A stretch of 50,810 bases of DNA. Source: Candidatus Daviesbacteria bacterium RIFCSPHIGHO2_02_FULL_43_12 (GTDB lineage: Bacteria > Patescibacteriota > Microgenomatia > Daviesbacterales > UBA10151). Made by a program: the position numbers and the translations under genes. Positions 27,758 through 38,341 of this stretch are shown here, piece by piece. A model generated the notes under the pieces. The model saw nothing but the letters and a program-made list of their open reading frames with translations. It searched no databases and was not told the origin of the DNA. Numbering within the stretch: the first letter of the stretch is position 1; each line of letters begins with the position of its first letter. The stretch spans positions 2,191-53,000 of the forward strand of contig MFDD01000006.1 of the NCBI GenBank assembly GCA_001776775.1. Direction: 5' to 3'.

Positions 27758-28720
27758 GCGTTTGGCACCTTTTTTATGATCGTTAATAATCTCCTGGATG
27801 ATCGAGGCCGGACGAGACTTGACCTCTTCGAAAATCCGGCGGATATACTCACAAATAATTGATAACACAACCAGCTGAACACTACCCAAAAATAAGACAG
27901 ATATTAAAATAGTCAAAAACCCCTGGGGAGCACCTGGGATATAAAAGTACATCAATATATAAAATAATATCGCAAAAACTGACACCATCACGCTAAAGGC
28001 TGCCATATAAAAGACCCATTCAATCGGAGAATAAGAAAAAGAAAAGATAGCTTTGCGAGTCCAATCCAAGCCTTTAAAAATGCCGTTGGTCGAAACACCC
28101 GCACCAGAAAACCGCTCCGGCCGGGTATATTCGATTCCCGTTTGCCTAAAACCGACCCAGGCCCTTAAGCCTCTTAAGAAACGGTCTTTCTCCGGCAGAG
28201 AGTTGATTTGGTCAACAACCCGGCGGTCCATCAAAGAAAAGTCCCCGGCATCTAGTGGCACTTTGACATAGCTTAGTTTATTAAAAATGACATAAAACAT
28301 ATGATAGGCCCACTCCCAAACCTTACCCATACTTGGTTCTCTTTTTTTGCGAACTCCATAAACCACATCAAAGCCTTTGAGCCACTCTTTAACAAATTTT
28401 TCAATTAACTCCGGCGGATCCTGAAGATCGCCGTCCATTAAAATAACTGCCTGTCCGATGGCCTGCTTCATCCCCGAGGTAAAGGCACTTTGAGCCCCGA
28501 AGTTGCGGGAATGTAGCAAGACTGTCAATTTTTTATCTTTTTTGGCTAAATTTTTAAGGATCTCCTGAGAACCATCTGGGCTGGAATCATTAACATAGAT
28601 AATTTCATAGTTGGGGGTGATCTTTTTAAGACTTAGGGTCAACCTGTTATAGAGCTCCTGAATATTCCCTTGGTCCTTGTAGGCGATCGGAATGACTGAG
28701 ATTTTTTTCTGGGTTAACAT
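27746..28720 (-). CDS. GT2 polyprenol-phosphate glycosyltransferase (GtrB/YkcC-like)
   Basis: VNDSSPD, SRNFG, MDGDLQDPPE, GDFSLMDR, RFLRGL; two C-terminal TMs; start at MLTQKK. Confidence 0.9.
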   Translation of the reverse strand: MLTQKKISVIPIAYKDQGNIQELYNRLTLSLKKITPNYEIIYVNDSSPDGSQEILKNLAKKDKKLTVLLHSRNFGAQSAFTSGMKQAIGQAVILMDGDLQDPPELIEKFVKEWLKGFDVVYGVRKKREPSMGKVWEWAYHMFYVIFNKLSYVKVPLDAGDFSLMDRRVVDQINSLPEKDRFLRGLRAWVGFRQTGIEYTRPERFSGAGVSTNGIFKGLDWTRKAIFSFSYSPIEWVFYMAAFSVMVSVFAILFYILMYFYIPGAPQGFLTILISVLFLGSVQLVVLSIICEYIRRIFEEVKSRPASIIQEIINDHKKGAKRSSS

Positions 28721-28782
28721 ATCCAGAATATAGCACAAGCTAGTTCGTAGTTCATAGTAGATAGTTCGTGGGTAGTATTAGT

Positions 28783-29535
28783 TTACCGTTTTTGCTGGCG
28801 GTGCCAAAGCTCGATTAGAGAAAATAGTTTAAGATCTAAATTAAACGGCAGCAGCCGGATAGCGTGTAGCATAAAAAAAGCCCAATATGGATAATAGTAG
28901 GCTGGAGCTTTTTCGGTGATTGCTTCTTCCACACCAATGACTACTTGATCCAGGCTCAGCTGGAACGGCGCTGAGCTCTTAAACGGACTCATCCCCCCCT
29001 TGACCGGACCAAGTGAGACTGTTGTAAACTCAAAAGATGAGTTTTTATATCGCTGATAAAAGGCTTCAAAAGCTATCGACAGAGCTGCCTTACTAGAGCT
29101 ATACCCCACTCCTTCGATACTACTACCCCGCAGTCTAGCGATTGTGGAGATAGCGATAAAGTGGGCGGAGTCTAACTTTTTAAGTAATATCTCCACTCCT
29201 TTCATAACCGAGTAAAAATTAATTTGAAAATGTTGCTCAAGCAAGGCGAAGTTAAAATTAGGATGTAAATCATCTTCGAAGATCGCGGCATTAAAAATAA
29301 TCACCTCCGGCACAAAGTTTTGTCTATCCATTTTCGATATTACTTTCGACCAGGCTAATGGCGAACCGATGTCGACACTGATGTAATCAAAATACTCTTT
29401 ACCAACTTGCTTTTGAAGTTTCTCTAACAGTTTCTCTCTTCTGGCCAAACCAAAAACCCGATGTCCCTTGCCTACCAAGCTAACAACTAACTCCCAACCT
29501 ATGCCTGATGAAACTCCGGTGATTAAGATATTCAT
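28783..29535 (-). CDS. Short-chain dehydrogenase/reductase
   Basis: TGVSSGIG, NAA, YSSSK. Confidence 0.9.
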   Translation of the reverse strand: MNILITGVSSGIGWELVVSLVGKGHRVFGLARREKLLEKLQKQVGKEYFDYISVDIGSPLAWSKVISKMDRQNFVPEVIIFNAAIFEDDLHPNFNFALLEQHFQINFYSVMKGVEILLKKLDSAHFIAISTIARLRGSSIEGVGYSSSKAALSIAFEAFYQRYKNSSFEFTTVSLGPVKGGMSPFKSSAPFQLSLDQVVIGVEEAITEKAPAYYYPYWAFFMLHAIRLLPFNLDLKLFSLIELWHRQQKR

Positions 29536-31262
29536 TGATTTAAGTTTTTAAGTGTTTGCTCGATATTTAGCTTTGAATGCTGCTCCAAGAGTATCTCCAT
29601 ATTTTGCTTAGCATTTAGATGACTTGGGTCAAGCCTTAAGGCCTTGAGAAAATTCTCCAGTGCCTCTTGAAAATGTCCCTGCTGGGTTAAAACAACCCCT
29701 AGATTATTGTAGTTGGTTGGTGAATTAGGGTCTATAGCCAGGGCATTTGTATAGGCATTTTTGGCCAACTCTAGGCGCCCTAGGCTCATATATGTATTTC
29801 CCAGATTTATGTAGGAGCCCATTGACTTGGGCTTGTTCTTGATCGCCTGTAAGTATGAGTTTACGGCAAGCTCTTTTTGGTTTTTCCTTAAATAGGCATT
29901 ACCCAGGTTATAATAAGCGATTTCACTTTGAGGAGTTTTTTTAGCAGTATCCAACCACAGACTCAGAGCATCGTACCACACAGTGTTACGCAAAAAAGTA
30001 AGTACTAAGTAGCTTGTAGCGAGTAGTAGTACGGCTATAATCTTCAACCTTTCATTGAAAGTCTTTGATGGCTGTTTAGAGACTACGAAATTAAGATTTA
30101 GAATCAAATACGCTAAAAGTAAACAAAAACCAACCGAGGGTATATATAAATATCTCTCAGCCATAAATTCCTGAACTGGCATAAGGTTTGAAGCTGGAAG
30201 CAAGCTCAAAAGCAACCAGCCAATGGAGAAGGTGATTATCGGATATTTTCTTCTTAGTCTAAAGGCTAGGATGAATAATAAGCCCAAAATTACGACTGCC
30301 GAAACAGTATAAATACTTAAAAAGTGCTGAGCAGCGATTGCCTCTGTTTTAAGATCAAGGTAATATCCAGACACTATCCCGCCCGGTAAAACATGATTAA
30401 TTGACTGGTTAACTGGGAGAACGAGCAGTTGAAGATATTTTAGTAATACCTTGGCCATGGTCAGCATCGTTAGATAAAAACTATCTAAGGGATAGTCTCC
30501 CCTGCCAATGGTCTGAATCGATACAACCCTAGCCAACAAGTAAATAAGCACCAAAGCTATTAAACCACCATAGATCAAGAGTTTTTTTCGAAGCAGAGAA
30601 ATGATTTTTGAGGGTGAAATCTTCAAAACCAGTAGATCGGTAAAGATTACAAGTACCGGCAGAGTCAGGGTGAGTTCGTAGGTAAAAAAGGCCAATCCGG
30701 CAAAGACTAATGATAAAAGGCTTTTTTTTCTCAGGTAGAGATAGAAGGCAGCTAAGAAAAAAGCTATTCCAATGGTATTGATACTAGAAGCGATATAGGT
30801 CACGGCCTCGGTATGGATTGGATGAACACCAAAGAAAAGCGCGGTTAGAAACGGCAGCAACTTCAGGTTTAACTTAAACTTCAACACCAGCTGTTCAACT
30901 ATCAAAAACACTAAAACTGTACAGATCAGATGCACAACCAGGGCCTGGAGATGCCAATCCCAGGAATTTTGGCCAAAGAGCTGATACAAGAGTAAATAAG
31001 ACACGCTTAAGCCCGGTCGAAAAGCTCCCAAAAATCTAGGTGGCAGCTGACCCTGTAACATTTCTGGCAAGCTCTCCCAACTTCTGATAGCGGACCAATC
31101 TTGAATAAAAAACTGGTCATCCCATACAAACTGGTTTTGAAAAATATTTGCATAGGCAGTTATTGTCAGTAAAACAACGACCAGTAGCTGGAGTCTTTGC
31201 TTAAATAAGTGGGTCATTGGTAACAGTCTTTTATCATAAAAAAGATTAATTAGCAGCCTCAA
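29532..31262 (-). CDS. TMTC-like GT-C membrane glycosyltransferase with TPRs
   Basis: FVWDD, FRP, HPIHTEAVTYI, ERYLYIPS, C-terminal TPRs; start may be MTHLF at 31217. Confidence 0.82.
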   Translation of the reverse strand: MRLLINLFYDKRLLPMTHLFKQRLQLLVVVLLTITAYANIFQNQFVWDDQFFIQDWSAIRSWESLPEMLQGQLPPRFLGAFRPGLSVSYLLLYQLFGQNSWDWHLQALVVHLICTVLVFLIVEQLVLKFKLNLKLLPFLTALFFGVHPIHTEAVTYIASSINTIGIAFFLAAFYLYLRKKSLLSLVFAGLAFFTYELTLTLPVLVIFTDLLVLKISPSKIISLLRKKLLIYGGLIALVLIYLLARVVSIQTIGRGDYPLDSFYLTMLTMAKVLLKYLQLLVLPVNQSINHVLPGGIVSGYYLDLKTEAIAAQHFLSIYTVSAVVILGLLFILAFRLRRKYPIITFSIGWLLLSLLPASNLMPVQEFMAERYLYIPSVGFCLLLAYLILNLNFVVSKQPSKTFNERLKIIAVLLLATSYLVLTFLRNTVWYDALSLWLDTAKKTPQSEIAYYNLGNAYLRKNQKELAVNSYLQAIKNKPKSMGSYINLGNTYMSLGRLELAKNAYTNALAIDPNSPTNYNNLGVVLTQQGHFQEALENFLKALRLDPSHLNAKQNMEILLEQHSKLNIEQTLKNLNQ

Positions 31263-33136
31263 TTTCTGGGAATTTTCTCATATTTTACCTCCCAGAAACC
31301 TGACATTTGGATTAGTATGAACTGCAACATTTGTTGTTTCATATGATCTGAACTATTTAGCTGCTTTAACATCTCTATCATCTCCGTTTCCCATACAACT
31401 ACTTTTACTCCCTGATCAATATTTTCCTTTAGGAAATCGCTCGTTTTATCTACATATAGATTAATCGAAAAAGGAACTATTTTTCCAATCTGTTTTAATC
31501 CCCAATGGTAATTCAAAAAAGTGTCGAATTGAGACAGAATCAATATCTCTGTCTGTTTGGGGTAGATAGAAAACATCTGGGTATTTTTCAAAACAGAGAC
31601 TTCATAATCGGAGATTGGAAAAACCTGACCTGCTAATACGTGGATTTTAGCTCTTTCTAACTTGCTAAAAATATGTCCACTAAAAATCACTATGGAGATA
31701 AGGATTAAAACTAGCCCTACAGCTTGGGGTAAGATCTTTTTGGAATGGCTTTTGGCAAAAGAGTCTAGGGATGTAAAAAAAAGTAAGACTAAAATTCCTG
31801 AGATATTTAGCAAATTATGATCATGAGACCTGCCATAGAAGTAGACTAACTCAACTAAAGTTAGCCCTAGCAACAAAAGCTTTAAAGGTTGTTTGCCTAG
31901 CCAAAAACAGCAGATCGGCAGTCCGGCAAAGATTAACCAAAATGGCGAATTCCAGGCTATTGGCATTAAACCAAGTTGCACTTTTTCGTAAAGCTTAGCT
32001 GCCGGAGAGGTTAAAGATTGAAAAAAATAAAGGTTAAAGATAGCCGCTATAGCTATAGGAAAGATTAACTGCCAAGCTTTTTTTAAAAGCTCTTTTCTCT
32101 CTTTTTTTGAGACTATATATTTGAGGACTAAACTTAATCCATAAACTCCCAGGTATAAAAATCCAAAAGAGTTATCAAAAATGTATAGCAAAGCAAATAC
32201 TGAGGCGCTAACCCAAGAGATGAATCCAAATCTCGCTGTTACTAAAAAAGCTATTAACCAAAGATCTAGCCTAAAAGGTTGAACTTGAGGCAACCTAATT
32301 GGATCATGGTTAATAGATAAGTATCGAATGATTACTAAAGCAACGACAAAAATAAATCTGAGGAACTTTTCTTCAATCAAATACTTGGAGGCTTGATAAT
32401 ACAAAAACAACCACATTACAAATAACACCCCCAGGATAACTTGCATCTGGTATATCTTTAGTTTAAGCATCATCATTAACTCAAATATCCACGTCCCGAC
32501 TACTCCATATTGGATGTAAAATGAACCAAGTTTTTCTCCTTGCAAAAGCTTTAGGGCAGGTCCGAGGTAATAACCAAAATCATAGATACTTGCTACATCC
32601 AGGCCAAAAATTACTAAGATTACCAAGCACAACCACCCAAATGACTTGACAAATCTAGGGTGTTTTTTAAAAAGAAGACTTTTGGAAACTAGATACCCAG
32701 AAGAAACAAGCACTAACGTCCCTAAAACCAAAGCTGCTATTTGAGGAAGACTAGCTAATCTAATGATCGGAGTCTGAATCTTCAAAGTCAGATACCCGGT
32801 TATAAGCAGCAAAACTACCAGCAAAAACTTTGATCTGAGCCAGGAGAAAGATTTAAGTCTGTAACTCAAGAATAAATAGCTCCCAATATATAAAAATCCT
32901 CCAATCAACATCACTTGGGGTTCTAGTCCGTCTCTAAATAAAAACTGTTGTTGCCACCAAAGCAAAGTCTTTGGATCGATCTCGGGATAAAACTGGTGGA
33001 TAGGCTTAAAAAACAGGTAGAATAAACTAAAGTAGCCCCAAAATAAACATAGGCTTAAGTTAAAAACCCCCAAAAGCTCTTTTTCTTTTAAAGATGAGCT
33101 TATTTCTTTTTTCAGTAGAGTTAAAGTTTGCACCAT
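31259..33136 (-). CDS. Polytopic membrane protein, possibly GT-C fold
   Basis: More than 12 hydrophobic segments; YDFGYY...QYG loop; lies within the glycosylation operon. Confidence 0.5.
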   Translation of the reverse strand: MVQTLTLLKKEISSSLKEKELLGVFNLSLCLFWGYFSLFYLFFKPIHQFYPEIDPKTLLWWQQQFLFRDGLEPQVMLIGGFLYIGSYLFLSYRLKSFSWLRSKFLLVVLLLITGYLTLKIQTPIIRLASLPQIAALVLGTLVLVSSGYLVSKSLLFKKHPRFVKSFGWLCLVILVIFGLDVASIYDFGYYLGPALKLLQGEKLGSFYIQYGVVGTWIFELMMMLKLKIYQMQVILGVLFVMWLFLYYQASKYLIEEKFLRFIFVVALVIIRYLSINHDPIRLPQVQPFRLDLWLIAFLVTARFGFISWVSASVFALLYIFDNSFGFLYLGVYGLSLVLKYIVSKKERKELLKKAWQLIFPIAIAAIFNLYFFQSLTSPAAKLYEKVQLGLMPIAWNSPFWLIFAGLPICCFWLGKQPLKLLLLGLTLVELVYFYGRSHDHNLLNISGILVLLFFTSLDSFAKSHSKKILPQAVGLVLILISIVIFSGHIFSKLERAKIHVLAGQVFPISDYEVSVLKNTQMFSIYPKQTEILILSQFDTFLNYHWGLKQIGKIVPFSINLYVDKTSDFLKENIDQGVKVVVWETEMIEMLKQLNSSDHMKQQMLQFILIQMSGFWEVKYEKIPRN

Positions 33137-33172
33137 TACATTCTAAGCAAACCCACTAATCTTTGCATACTC

Positions 33173-34795
33173 TTAATTTCTCGATTTTTGATACTGAATC
33201 AGCTCGATCTCTTGTTTCGCCTGGGAAAAGTTTGGATTTAAGATCAGTGTTTTTTGATATTCCACTAAGGCTTGATCGAGATTATTCTGCGCTTTATAGA
33301 CCAGAGCTAAACCATAGTGCATCGGGTAAAAATCTTTAATAAAAATAGCTTTTTCAAAGGTAGCCTTGGCCCTTGGTAAATCATTTAAGTTAAGATAGAC
33401 AAACCCTAAATTGTTTAGCGCCGGGTGATACTCAGAGTCAACCTCCAGAGCACTAAGATATTCCTCTTTTGCCTTAATTAATTGTCCCTCAGATTGGTAA
33501 ATAGCTGCCAGATTATAGTGAGCTGAAGCGCTCTGATTAGCTTTTAAACTAGCATTTAACCAGATAAACTCAGGTGTTTTCCAGACCTGATTATAAGTAA
33601 CGGTCAAAGCCATATATCCCAGTACAACAAGCAAATAGATAGTTGTTAAAACTTTTAGGTTGACCTTTTTACTAAGGAAGACGAATAAATAACCAATAAC
33701 TAAAGCAAATCCAACCGAGGGAAGATAAAGATATTTTTCCCCCATTACTACCTGTAGAGGGATGATTTGGGAAGCCGGGATTAAAGTAATTAAAAACCAA
33801 AACAGCCCAAAACTAATTAGGGGGTAAAATTCCTTAAGTTTAAAAGCAAGAAAGACCAATCCTAAAGCCAGTATTAGTCCTAGTAAGACACTGGGGTCAA
33901 GCAAGGACTCTTGGTCAATCAGCTGCTTTTTTATATCTACTCCCCCAAGCGTCGGTATTCCCCCTGGCAAAATATGAACTAAACTTAAATTAATTGGCAA
34001 ACTTAAAAGCTCTAAATATTTGACAAAGGCTTTAAGCATGACCAAAGCTGTTAAATAGAAACTGTCAGCTAAATACTCTCCTCTGTTTAAATTATGGGTA
34101 AAACTAAGTTTTAGTAAAAAGAAGACTAGTATCCCTAAAAAATAAACTAATTTTCCCTTCAGATAATCAAACTTTCTTTGAAAAGAAAGTTTTCTGATAG
34201 AAAAATCATAGGCCCAAAGAACAAACGGCAAAGTCAAAGTCATCTCATAGGTAAAAAAAGCGAGCAGGGCAAAGAGGATTGAAAGAAGTTTTTTATCTCT
34301 TTGATACATTAAAAAAGAGCTCAGGAAAAAGACTACTCCGGTCATCTCCATTGAAGCAGCGATATAGGTAATCGCTTCAGTATGGATTGGGTGAAGGCCA
34401 AAAAGCAGGGAGGTTAAAAAAGGAAGATAGTGAGAGAGCAAAGATTGAAGTCTAAGGGTCTTAACTAAGCTTTGGATAATTAAATAAACTAAGATTGTGG
34501 AGATTAGGTGGACTAGGAGTGAATGAAGATGATACCCGAGAGGGTTAGTTCCAAAGATTTGATAGTAAACGCCATAAAGCAGGCTCCTGAGTGGTCGATA
34601 GACTCCTTCGTGTCCGCCGGGTTGGTCTCCTGTGATTAAATTAATCAGGTTAAGCTGATGTGAGCTTTCCCAATTAACAATAAAATCAAAGTCATCAATC
34701 ACCAATTGATTGGCGAAGATAGTTGAATAAGAGAGAAGAGTTAAGGCTATGATGATAAATATTTGATTTTTTTGGGACTGAAAAAGATTAATCAT
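33173..34795 (-). CDS. TMTC-like GT-C membrane glycosyltransferase with TPRs
   Basis: LVIDD, YRP, HPIHTEAITYI, EKYLYLPS, TPRs. Confidence 0.82.
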   Translation of the reverse strand: MINLFQSQKNQIFIIIALTLLSYSTIFANQLVIDDFDFIVNWESSHQLNLINLITGDQPGGHEGVYRPLRSLLYGVYYQIFGTNPLGYHLHSLLVHLISTILVYLIIQSLVKTLRLQSLLSHYLPFLTSLLFGLHPIHTEAITYIAASMEMTGVVFFLSSFLMYQRDKKLLSILFALLAFFTYEMTLTLPFVLWAYDFSIRKLSFQRKFDYLKGKLVYFLGILVFFLLKLSFTHNLNRGEYLADSFYLTALVMLKAFVKYLELLSLPINLSLVHILPGGIPTLGGVDIKKQLIDQESLLDPSVLLGLILALGLVFLAFKLKEFYPLISFGLFWFLITLIPASQIIPLQVVMGEKYLYLPSVGFALVIGYLFVFLSKKVNLKVLTTIYLLVVLGYMALTVTYNQVWKTPEFIWLNASLKANQSASAHYNLAAIYQSEGQLIKAKEEYLSALEVDSEYHPALNNLGFVYLNLNDLPRAKATFEKAIFIKDFYPMHYGLALVYKAQNNLDQALVEYQKTLILNPNFSQAKQEIELIQYQKSRN

Positions 34796-36780
34796 ATCTT
34801 AAGTGAGCTGATAGTCCGATCAAAGACTTTCATCAACACTGAGTCTGCCGGCGAAACGATCACCTCAATAGTGGTTTTTCCTTTGGTCAAAAAAAACTGG
34901 AGTAAGTTGGAACTCCAAACTACAACTTTAGCTGAGTCAACATTTGGTATTTGGGCCAATCCCTGCTTAATAACTCGGCCTTCAGGTTGTAAATTTTTGT
35001 CCGAGAGGTTAAATATTATTTTAAATGATCCAGTTTGATTTGATAAACTAATATTTTGATCTTGTTTATCAATAATCCAATCTTGTGGATACTTAAAAGA
35101 AATTTTAGGGCTTGTGAAGGATACCTGATCCTGATTTAGCTTATCAATGACCATCTGAAGATTACCTAAGGCTGGTTGAAAACTGGGATTTATTTTAGTT
35201 GATTTGAAATAGACATCTCCTGCTTGATCTAATTTATTTTCTGAAAAATAAATATTGCCTAAGTTAAACCAACCCTCCCAAAAGAAAGGGTCCGCTTGGA
35301 CAGATTTTTGGTAGCTTTTTAGTGCTTCCTCGGTCTGGTTTTGCTGCTGATAGAGTTTAGCCGCTGAGGCTATGGCAACTGCAAAATGCAGATTAATTAA
35401 AAAAGCCTGCTGATAATCTTTCATCCCTAATTCAGGCTGATTGAAACCTAGATAAGCATTACCGCGCTGAAAGTAAGCATAAGCGTTATCGTCTGGATAA
35501 ATAGCTATATCATGACTCCAAAATATTAGCTCATTTCTCCAATCCATATTTCGAGTAAAAGTTAGGTAGCTAAAACTGACCACAATGATGGTGCAAACTG
35601 CCAAGCCTAAAGATCGATACTTACTTTTAAATATAAGATTTATCAGAAGTCCAGCTAAGAAGATACTTCCCAAAGAAGCTAGGTATAAAGATCTTTCATT
35701 TAACATTGAGCCCTGAGGTACGATTTCCAAAACTGGCAACAAGGAAAGAAGAAACCAACCAATACCAAAAGTTACCAAGGGCCATTTTTTAAAAAATTTA
35801 ACCATCAAAAAAACAATAGCAATCAATATCAAAAGAGCTACTAGAATATCTAAATTCAATAACGACTGCGCCTTGATGGCTTCAGTTCGATAGCCTCGGT
35901 ACACAAAAGCTTCTATTCCACTGGAAATAACATGATTGTTGGCCTGAGGAAAAGGATAGATAGTTAAAGTTAGATATTTAACTATGACCTTGGACATGGT
36001 CAGCATGGTTAGATAAACACTATCAGCTAAATACGGGCCCCTGGTTGTAGCATGAACAAGAAAAAATCTAATCACGATATAAAATACTGTTCCGGCTAAA
36101 AACGGCCAAATTAGTATCAATTTCTTTTTCCAGTTTTTTACTGTTATTTCTTTGAAGCAAACCTCTGACCAAAGGATTAGAATAGGGAGCATAAGGGTCA
36201 TTTCATAAGTGAAAAAAGCGAGTAGCCCCAGCAGATAAGAAACGTTATATTTCCAAGAGACACCAGCGTTTTTGCTGCCTTTATGAAGGTAGAGCAGATA
36301 AGCGCCTAACATCAGTGCGATTCCAGTCATATCCATCGAAGCGGCGATATAGGTGATTGATTCGGTATGGATGGGGTGGAGCCCAAAGAATAGCGCAGTT
36401 AAAAAAGGTATCCATGAGCTATCCTTGAGGCTAAATCTTTTAACTAACTCTTTGATGATAAAAAAAACTAAGGTTGTGCACACTAAATGAAGCAATATCG
36501 AATGAAGATGGTAAAAAAAGGTATTTGTCCCCCAGACTTGGTAGTAGACTAGGTAAAGCAAACTTCGGACTGGTCGGTATACTCCTTCATGGCCAGTAGG
36601 GACAGCCCCCTGCAGCGCTTTGGTGATATTTAAACTCCCTAAATAGTCTTTATTGATAAAGACTTTGTCGTCAATTATCGGTTGATTAAAAAAGATATTG
36701 GAAAAACTCAAAAAAGTCAGCGTCAGAATTATTAAAAGCTGAAGCCTGGTCTGATTTAGTTTCATCTTAGTAATTATCAC
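34792..36780 (-). CDS. TMTC-like GT-C glycosyltransferase with TPRs and PsbP-like C-terminal domain
   Basis: PIIDD, YRP, HPIHTESITYI, ERSLYL, RNMDW, TPRs, FKYPQDW. Confidence 0.82.
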   Translation of the reverse strand: MIITKMKLNQTRLQLLIILTLTFLSFSNIFFNQPIIDDKVFINKDYLGSLNITKALQGAVPTGHEGVYRPVRSLLYLVYYQVWGTNTFFYHLHSILLHLVCTTLVFFIIKELVKRFSLKDSSWIPFLTALFFGLHPIHTESITYIAASMDMTGIALMLGAYLLYLHKGSKNAGVSWKYNVSYLLGLLAFFTYEMTLMLPILILWSEVCFKEITVKNWKKKLILIWPFLAGTVFYIVIRFFLVHATTRGPYLADSVYLTMLTMSKVIVKYLTLTIYPFPQANNHVISSGIEAFVYRGYRTEAIKAQSLLNLDILVALLILIAIVFLMVKFFKKWPLVTFGIGWFLLSLLPVLEIVPQGSMLNERSLYLASLGSIFLAGLLINLIFKSKYRSLGLAVCTIIVVSFSYLTFTRNMDWRNELIFWSHDIAIYPDDNAYAYFQRGNAYLGFNQPELGMKDYQQAFLINLHFAVAIASAAKLYQQQNQTEEALKSYQKSVQADPFFWEGWFNLGNIYFSENKLDQAGDVYFKSTKINPSFQPALGNLQMVIDKLNQDQVSFTSPKISFKYPQDWIIDKQDQNISLSNQTGSFKIIFNLSDKNLQPEGRVIKQGLAQIPNVDSAKVVVWSSNLLQFFLTKGKTTIEVIVSPADSVLMKVFDRTISSLKI

Positions 36781-38306
36781 TTTGCCCGGTTTCTAACTAA
36801 ATTTAAAGCCTTCAGCCTCTCTTGAGCCGGGGTATATCCCGGGTTTAGAATGAGCACTGACTGATAGAGCTGAGTAGCTGTAGCCAAATCCCCCATCTGG
36901 GTTAAAATATTAGCCAGGTTAAACCGTGCTTCCCAGAAGCGGGGTTCATTGTCAATAGCTTTTTGATAATTTTTGATCGACTGATCAAAATTCTGGTTAT
37001 GATAATAAAAAATTCCTAAGTTATAAGGAGCCAGACTACTTTGGGGATGTTGCCTGGCTACTTTTTCCCAAAAAGTAATCGGATCCTTCCAATCAAGGTT
37101 TCGCGACACTGTCAAGTAACTGTAAAAAATCATCAGCAGGGTTGTAATAGTCACCCCCAGAAACTGATACCTTTTGCCATCTATCCTCGAAATCAAATAT
37201 GCTAGTAGCAAACAAAAGCCTATTGACCCAATATAGGTATATTTTTCCGAGATCGCTATTCCCTGGGGAAAGAGATAAGACACCGGTAAGAGAGAGGTAA
37301 AAAACCAAAACACACAAAAAGCAAATAGTCTAAATCGCTGTCGGAATTTGATGGCTAAGAATAGTAATCCAAAGACTATCAAAATACTAACTAGTATATC
37401 AATCTGAAAAGGATTCAGATTTCTAATCGCTTGCAGATTGGAATAATGAGTCGTAAATGATTCAAATCCCGGAGCCAGATCCTGAATATATGACAGGTTA
37501 ACTGGAAATAGTAATTTTGTAATATACATTACATACACTTTCATCATCACTAGTTGGGTTGCATAAAAGCTATAGCCCAGATATTCTCCTCTAGCCAGCG
37601 GGATATTTAGTATCCAAATCCGGATGACAAAAAAGCTCGCTACTAAGCCAAAGATCCCCAAGATCCGCTTGCCCCTTCTCAGTAGCTTCTTGACTGGAGT
37701 TTGGAGAATAAAAAATTCATAAAGGGCTATTAAAAGCGGTAGGGTGACCGTCATCTCGTAGGTAAAAAAGGCCAGAACGGCAAAGATAGCGCAAGCTATA
37801 AAATTTCGAGCCTTTTGATAAAAATAAAAGCTGGCCAGCATAAACACCACCCCTGTCATTTCCATCGAAGCGGCGATATAAGTAATAGATTCTGTATGGA
37901 TTGGATGCAGGCCAAAGAGAAGCGCGGTGAGAAAAGGTATGAGAGAAGAATTTGTAATCTTCCCAGCTTCAACCAGTTTTTTCACTATTAAATACACCAG
38001 TAAAGTGGAGACTAGGTGAACAGCTAAGCTGTGCAGATGATATCCAAAAGGGTTCGTTCCCCAAAGAGAGTAATAGATTAGGTAAAGCACTGATCTAATC
38101 GGTCTATAAATACCTTGATGGATTTGCGGAACATTTCCAGTTAGCAAATCTGGTAGATTTTTAAAACTTCTAATCTGTTCCCAGTCCGTAATAAAAGAGG
38201 TGTCGTCTAACACTAGTTGGTTAGGCAGAATATTTATGTATCCGAGAACTGTTAAAATAGCTACCAAAAGCAGCTGATATTTTTTTTGCTGGAATAACTT
38301 TGGCAT
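36777..38306 (-). CDS. TMTC-like GT-C membrane glycosyltransferase with TPRs
   Basis: LVLDD, YRP, HPIHTESITYI, RNLDW, TPRs; start MPKLF at 38306 avoids overlap with the divergent gene. Confidence 0.82.
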   Translation of the reverse strand: MPKLFQQKKYQLLLVAILTVLGYINILPNQLVLDDTSFITDWEQIRSFKNLPDLLTGNVPQIHQGIYRPIRSVLYLIYYSLWGTNPFGYHLHSLAVHLVSTLLVYLIVKKLVEAGKITNSSLIPFLTALLFGLHPIHTESITYIAASMEMTGVVFMLASFYFYQKARNFIACAIFAVLAFFTYEMTVTLPLLIALYEFFILQTPVKKLLRRGKRILGIFGLVASFFVIRIWILNIPLARGEYLGYSFYATQLVMMKVYVMYITKLLFPVNLSYIQDLAPGFESFTTHYSNLQAIRNLNPFQIDILVSILIVFGLLFLAIKFRQRFRLFAFCVFWFFTSLLPVSYLFPQGIAISEKYTYIGSIGFCLLLAYLISRIDGKRYQFLGVTITTLLMIFYSYLTVSRNLDWKDPITFWEKVARQHPQSSLAPYNLGIFYYHNQNFDQSIKNYQKAIDNEPRFWEARFNLANILTQMGDLATATQLYQSVLILNPGYTPAQERLKALNLVRNRAK

Positions 38307-38341
38307 TTTTAGGATGTATTTAGTAGAGTATACTAAAAAGC

